This document shows, piece after piece, positions 60,986 through 64,000 of a stretch of 64,000 nucleotides of DNA. A program made the translations under genes and the position numbers. The notes beneath the pieces were generated by a model. The model saw nothing but the letters and a program-made list of their open reading frames with translations, had not been told where the DNA came from and did no database searches. Positions within the stretch are counted from its first letter, which is position 1. Each line of letters opens with the position of its first letter. The DNA is taken from positions 128,001 to 192,000 of the forward strand of contig CAZPQW010000002.1 in the NCBI GenBank assembly GCA_964588985.1, written 5' to 3'. This DNA comes from an uncultured Solirubrobacteraceae bacterium. Lineage in GTDB: Bacteria; Actinomycetota; Thermoleophilia; Solirubrobacterales; Solirubrobacteraceae.

Positions 60986-61025
60986 TGCTCATCTGATCGC
61001 GACAGCGTGGACGACGCCGTGATCT

Positions 61026-61958
61026 TCACTCGGCCGCGCGCCTAACCTGCCACGTGTCGAGCAGGAACTCGACGACCGCTACCGCAGCGTTGAACGCTAG
61101 GCGTCCATGACGGCTCAGTGCTGGAGAACGCTTCGCGCGCCCGTGCCCGAGACCCAACTCGTTGCGCAGTTCTGCAAGCGACTGGATCGTCGTCACGAGA
61201 GTACGCAACGTCTTCTGCGCAGCCTGACTGCCCTTCGCCGAGTCCGGTACTGCCTCAGCGTTCAGGCGCAGCGCGCTCGCGACCAGCTTGTAGAGGTCGA
61301 GCACCTCGGCTCGCGGAGCGTAGGCGATCCCGTAGTCATCGAGGATCAGCTTGCAGATGGTCTCGACCATCTCCTTCGAGGAGGCAATCGCTTCGGCGGG
61401 ATCTCGCGCCAAGCCGCGCTCGATTCGGGAGAGATGGTCGCGAATCGCCGCAGGATCATCGAGCCGATCGTGGTCATTGAGATCGAGTGATCTCGCTGGC
61501 GACTTTAGGCCGGTTCGCGGGCGTCCCGCGAATACGGGCTTGCCGGAAAGCTGTGAGACCTCCGCGACTTCCCATCCGTCGCGCGCGAGGCACTCGTTGA
61601 AAAACGCGAGCAAGATCTCCACTTGCTCAGGGTCAGACCGCACAACCGGATGTAGCATCTCGCTGAGGAACCTGACGAAGATGTCATCCCGCCCGTTGCG
61701 CAGCTCAAAGCGCGGGTCCCCGTACACCCAGTCGTCCTCCCAATCGTAGTTGCGGACACGGTGCTGGATGATGTCCCCAACGGCGTCCTTGAAGCGCGAG
61801 TCGGTGGACGTCATCAGCTCCAATGGCCACACGCGGCCGAGAAAATCGACCTCATCCAGGCGTCCCCACCATGCCACCTGCTCAGCGGAGAGATAGTCCG
61901 TGATGTCACGTCGGGTGATTGCGGTGATCGTTGGCGGCTTGAGGCGGGTGGGCGGCAC
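61026..61958 (-). CDS. Abortive infection protein, AbiJ-like (AbiJ_NTD3 + Abi_C HEPN)
   Basis: N-terminal ITRRDI...WWGRLDEVDFL.R.....S.D.RF....GDI.QH...N.DW and C-terminal KEMVETICK...LRNELGLGHG. Confidence 0.85.
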   Translation of the reverse strand: MPPTRLKPPTITAITRRDITDYLSAEQVAWWGRLDEVDFLGRVWPLELMTSTDSRFKDAVGDIIQHRVRNYDWEDDWVYGDPRFELRNGRDDIFVRFLSEMLHPVVRSDPEQVEILLAFFNECLARDGWEVAEVSQLSGKPVFAGRPRTGLKSPARSLDLNDHDRLDDPAAIRDHLSRIERGLARDPAEAIASSKEMVETICKLILDDYGIAYAPRAEVLDLYKLVASALRLNAEAVPDSAKGSQAAQKTLRTLVTTIQSLAELRNELGLGHGRAKRSPALSRHGRLAFNAAVAVVEFLLDTWQVRRAAE

Positions 61959-62236
61959 ACCACCATTCTGAGGCGTGTGGCGGGGGTACAACGCCGAGGG
62001 CGGGAAAGCATCAGCTCATGCCGCCTGGCGTGTCGGCCACGGCATCAAGGGGATCGTGTCCGCGAAACGCTTGTAGTCGATCGGATCCGAGACGAGTCGC
62101 GAGACCCACCCGTGGCGCTGCGAGACACTGGCGGCACCTGGCCCATACCCCGGATGCAGCTCGGGCGAGGTCGCAGAATGGGCCTCCGTGTCATAGGCCG
62201 GAGTGACCTCAGGGCGATGAACCCACTGACGCTCTG

Positions 62237-62605
62237 CTACTTCGCAGGCTTGGGCAGTTTTGGGGCGGGTAGCGAGGGTAGCGTGGGCACCTTCTGGTTG
62301 TCGGGGATCTCGATATGCGTGTACGAGGTGAACAGCCAGTTAGCCGCACCGGTAGGCAGTCCAGCGATCGCCCAGTTCCTCGGTCCTCCTTGTGGTGGTA
62401 GCTGGAAGACGACCACCTTCGCTTTAGACAGAAGCAGGACCGGTCGGATGAGATCACGCCAATATGCCGCGTCGTGTCCGTTGACGACCCAAACGTCGGG
62501 TACACGATGCCACCAACCTCTCGCGTGCGCCTTCACAATCGCCTGCACGGCGTTACGCTGCGGATCGTTTGCTTCCGAGGTTGCAATGAGGAACATCTCA
62601 GCCAT
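62237..62605 (-). CDS. Hypothetical small alpha/beta protein, possibly Cas2/VapD-like ferredoxin fold
   Basis: FLIA...WWHRVPDVWVV...WRDLI...VVVFQL...W..GLP..A.NWL; coupled to the upstream gene. Confidence 0.65.
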   Translation of the reverse strand: MAEMFLIATSEANDPQRNAVQAIVKAHARGWWHRVPDVWVVNGHDAAYWRDLIRPVLLLSKAKVVVFQLPPQGGPRNWAIAGLPTGAANWLFTSYTHIEIPDNQKVPTLPSLPAPKLPKPAK

Positions 62606-63011
62606 GTTCGCCCTCGCCTAGCTGTCCTGGACCCGGCGCGCTCACCGTACCCTCGATGATCGTGTCGCCGCCGCCGAGCCCTTCGACGTGCTCGCCTGCC
62701 AGGCTGTCACCGAGCGTCAGGCGGCGAAGGGATTCGTACTCGCTTCCGCTCAGCTGCCCAACTTGAAGCCCTGTCGGGTCTTTCGACGCCTGTCTCATGA
62801 CGCCGACCAACAACCCGATGCCGGTCAGCCAAACGGCGAGAAGGATCAAGCCAATCAGCCATGCGGACCCCGTACCCACCAACGCAACGGCGACGATTAT
62901 CGCCGTAGTTGCGAGCACCAGAAAGATGCCGAACAGGAACCCGAGGATCGTCCTGGGCTGCGTCGAAGTGCGACTCGCGATCGAGTGGATCATCTGAGGG
63001 ACGATTGCCAC
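62598..63011 (-). CDS. Hypothetical two-TM membrane protein
   Basis: Two hydrophobic helices; TAGCTT -10 lies 6 nt before the GTG. Confidence 0.7.
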   Translation of the reverse strand: MAIVPQMIHSIASRTSTQPRTILGFLFGIFLVLATTAIIVAVALVGTGSAWLIGLILLAVWLTGIGLLVGVMRQASKDPTGLQVGQLSGSEYESLRRLTLGDSLAGEHVEGLGGGDTIIEGTVSAPGPGQLGEGEHG

Positions 63012-63155
63012 AACGCAAAGCTACCTCAAGTTCCGGCTGTCAGCATTCCGTTTGGAACCGCATGCCAGTGTCGCACCGTTGTGCCCCCGACCGCGGATCA
63101 GTACAGCATTCGTCCCTAGCCGCGAAGCCGCTGCCCTCGTGCATATGCTCGTCTC

Positions 63156-63704
63156 ATGGAGAATCGCCGACTATTTGGGCTCGGGTTGATCGGGGCCGCC
63201 TGCATTGCGGCCTGTGTTGGCGCTCTCGTCTATGGGCTCGTACAGGATCCGCAGGTAGCCGGTCCGATAGCCGGTGCGATTGGCGTCGTCGCAGCTGCCG
63301 TGGTGCAACGGCGATGGGAGAAGCGCCAGGAACTCGAGCGGCTCCGTCGCGAGCAGCTGGCCCCGATCTACGAGCAGCTAATCGGCATCGTCAAGACGAT
63401 CGGCGAGGAGCAGGCCGCGACTGCTGACTTTTTCCAGGACTTCTCAACGAAGCTGGTGCTCTACGGTCCGCCGGCGATCATCAAGTCCTGGAACGCTTTC
63501 CGCGCGCTTGAAATGCCGGAGGACATGACTGACCCGACCTACCTCCTGACCTACGAGCAGTTGCTTTTCCTCATGCGCAAAGATCTCGGTCACGACGACT
63601 CAACCCTCCTGCCCGGCGATCTACTCCGCGTGTATGTCAACGACTTCGACGAGATGCGCGGGCTGTGGATCGCGAAGCAGGCCGCAGCCGGTGGCGGCCA
63701 CTGA
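63156..63704 (+). CDS. Hypothetical two-TM protein with helical cytoplasmic domain
   Basis: TM pair, then R....IYE...F...LVLYGP..II...LL..MRKDLGH; TATGCT -10 lies 6 nt before the ATG. Confidence 0.75.
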   Translation: MENRRLFGLGLIGAACIAACVGALVYGLVQDPQVAGPIAGAIGVVAAAVVQRRWEKRQELERLRREQLAPIYEQLIGIVKTIGEEQAATADFFQDFSTKLVLYGPPAIIKSWNAFRALEMPEDMTDPTYLLTYEQLLFLMRKDLGHDDSTLLPGDLLRVYVNDFDEMRGLWIAKQAAAGGGH

Positions 63705-63894
63705 TTTCGTGAGCGGCGTCGTTCACGTCCGTCGTGCATCACGAGGCAACGAGCCGCGTCCAGATGGGTACGGGTAGTGCTCTCGCGTATGTGCCAACGC
63801 TGTTGCTCAGCGTAGTTTCGTCAGCGTCGGGCGGTAGCGCGCTCGTCATGAGCTGCTGACCCACCGAATCCCACTGAGCCGTCGACTGGAACCC

Positions 63895-64000
63895 TCAGCG
63901 TCTGCGCTTAGCTTGCTCGACGGCGAGAGCCAGTTCCGGCAGCGAGACGCCCAGTGCGTCGATGAGCTGCATGACGGTCGCCCATGCTGGTGCGCTTTTG
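63895..64000 (-). CDS. XRE-family HTH regulator, 5' part outside the window
   Basis: Translates as KSAPAWATVMQLIDALGVSLPELALAVEQAKRRR*. Confidence 0.7.
   Translation of the reverse strand, partial: KSAPAWATVMQLIDALGVSLPELALAVEQAKRRR

Larger units (their letters stand above)
60710..64000. mobile_element. Left part of a putative genomic/defence island at tRNA-Gly
   Basis: Shift to less GC-biased codons, tandem repeats next to the tRNA, an Abi gene and XRE genes; no integrase within the window. Confidence 0.65.

Noticed and set aside
62015-62230. Open minus-strand frame between AbiJ and the two-gene operon (…VSDPIDYKRFADTIPLMPWPTRQAA*)
   Set aside because: No convincing start or recognisable motif; it could be a remnant but cannot be supported.

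Overview
High-GC (about 70% by eye) bacterial chromosome segment. Gene content and synteny (polA-rpsA-coaE-slt-uvrB-uvrA, tsaEB-rimI-tsaD-grx-rex, Cys-rich NHL surface protein) suggest Actinomycetota, probably Thermoleophilia/Solirubrobacterales; this taxonomy is an inference. Most of the window is housekeeping: repair, pantothenate synthesis, t6A tRNA modification, H+-PPase, transporters, msrA/msrB, amt and a ubiA-dprE1-dprE2 decaprenylphosphoryl-arabinose module. There are three accessory patches. (1) A decayed DUF4160/DUF2442 TA pair plus a Fic cassette bracketed by a 68-bp duplicate of the neighbouring gene's 3' end (20.2-22.4 kb). (2) An MNT-HEPN pair after tRNA-Gln. (3) The start of an island after tRNA-Gly with an AbiJ-like gene and uncharacterised membrane and Cas2-like proteins. 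The most interesting non-coding signals are a candidate sigma-28-driven small RNA with anti-Shine-Dalgarno motifs (25.04-25.14 kb), a pan-motif-like leader on panCDB, a structured hppA leader, a LexA box at uvrA and many apparently leaderless genes, including rpsA. No CRISPR array, rRNA or integrase is visible. All family assignments come from motif recognition by eye; no database search was run.
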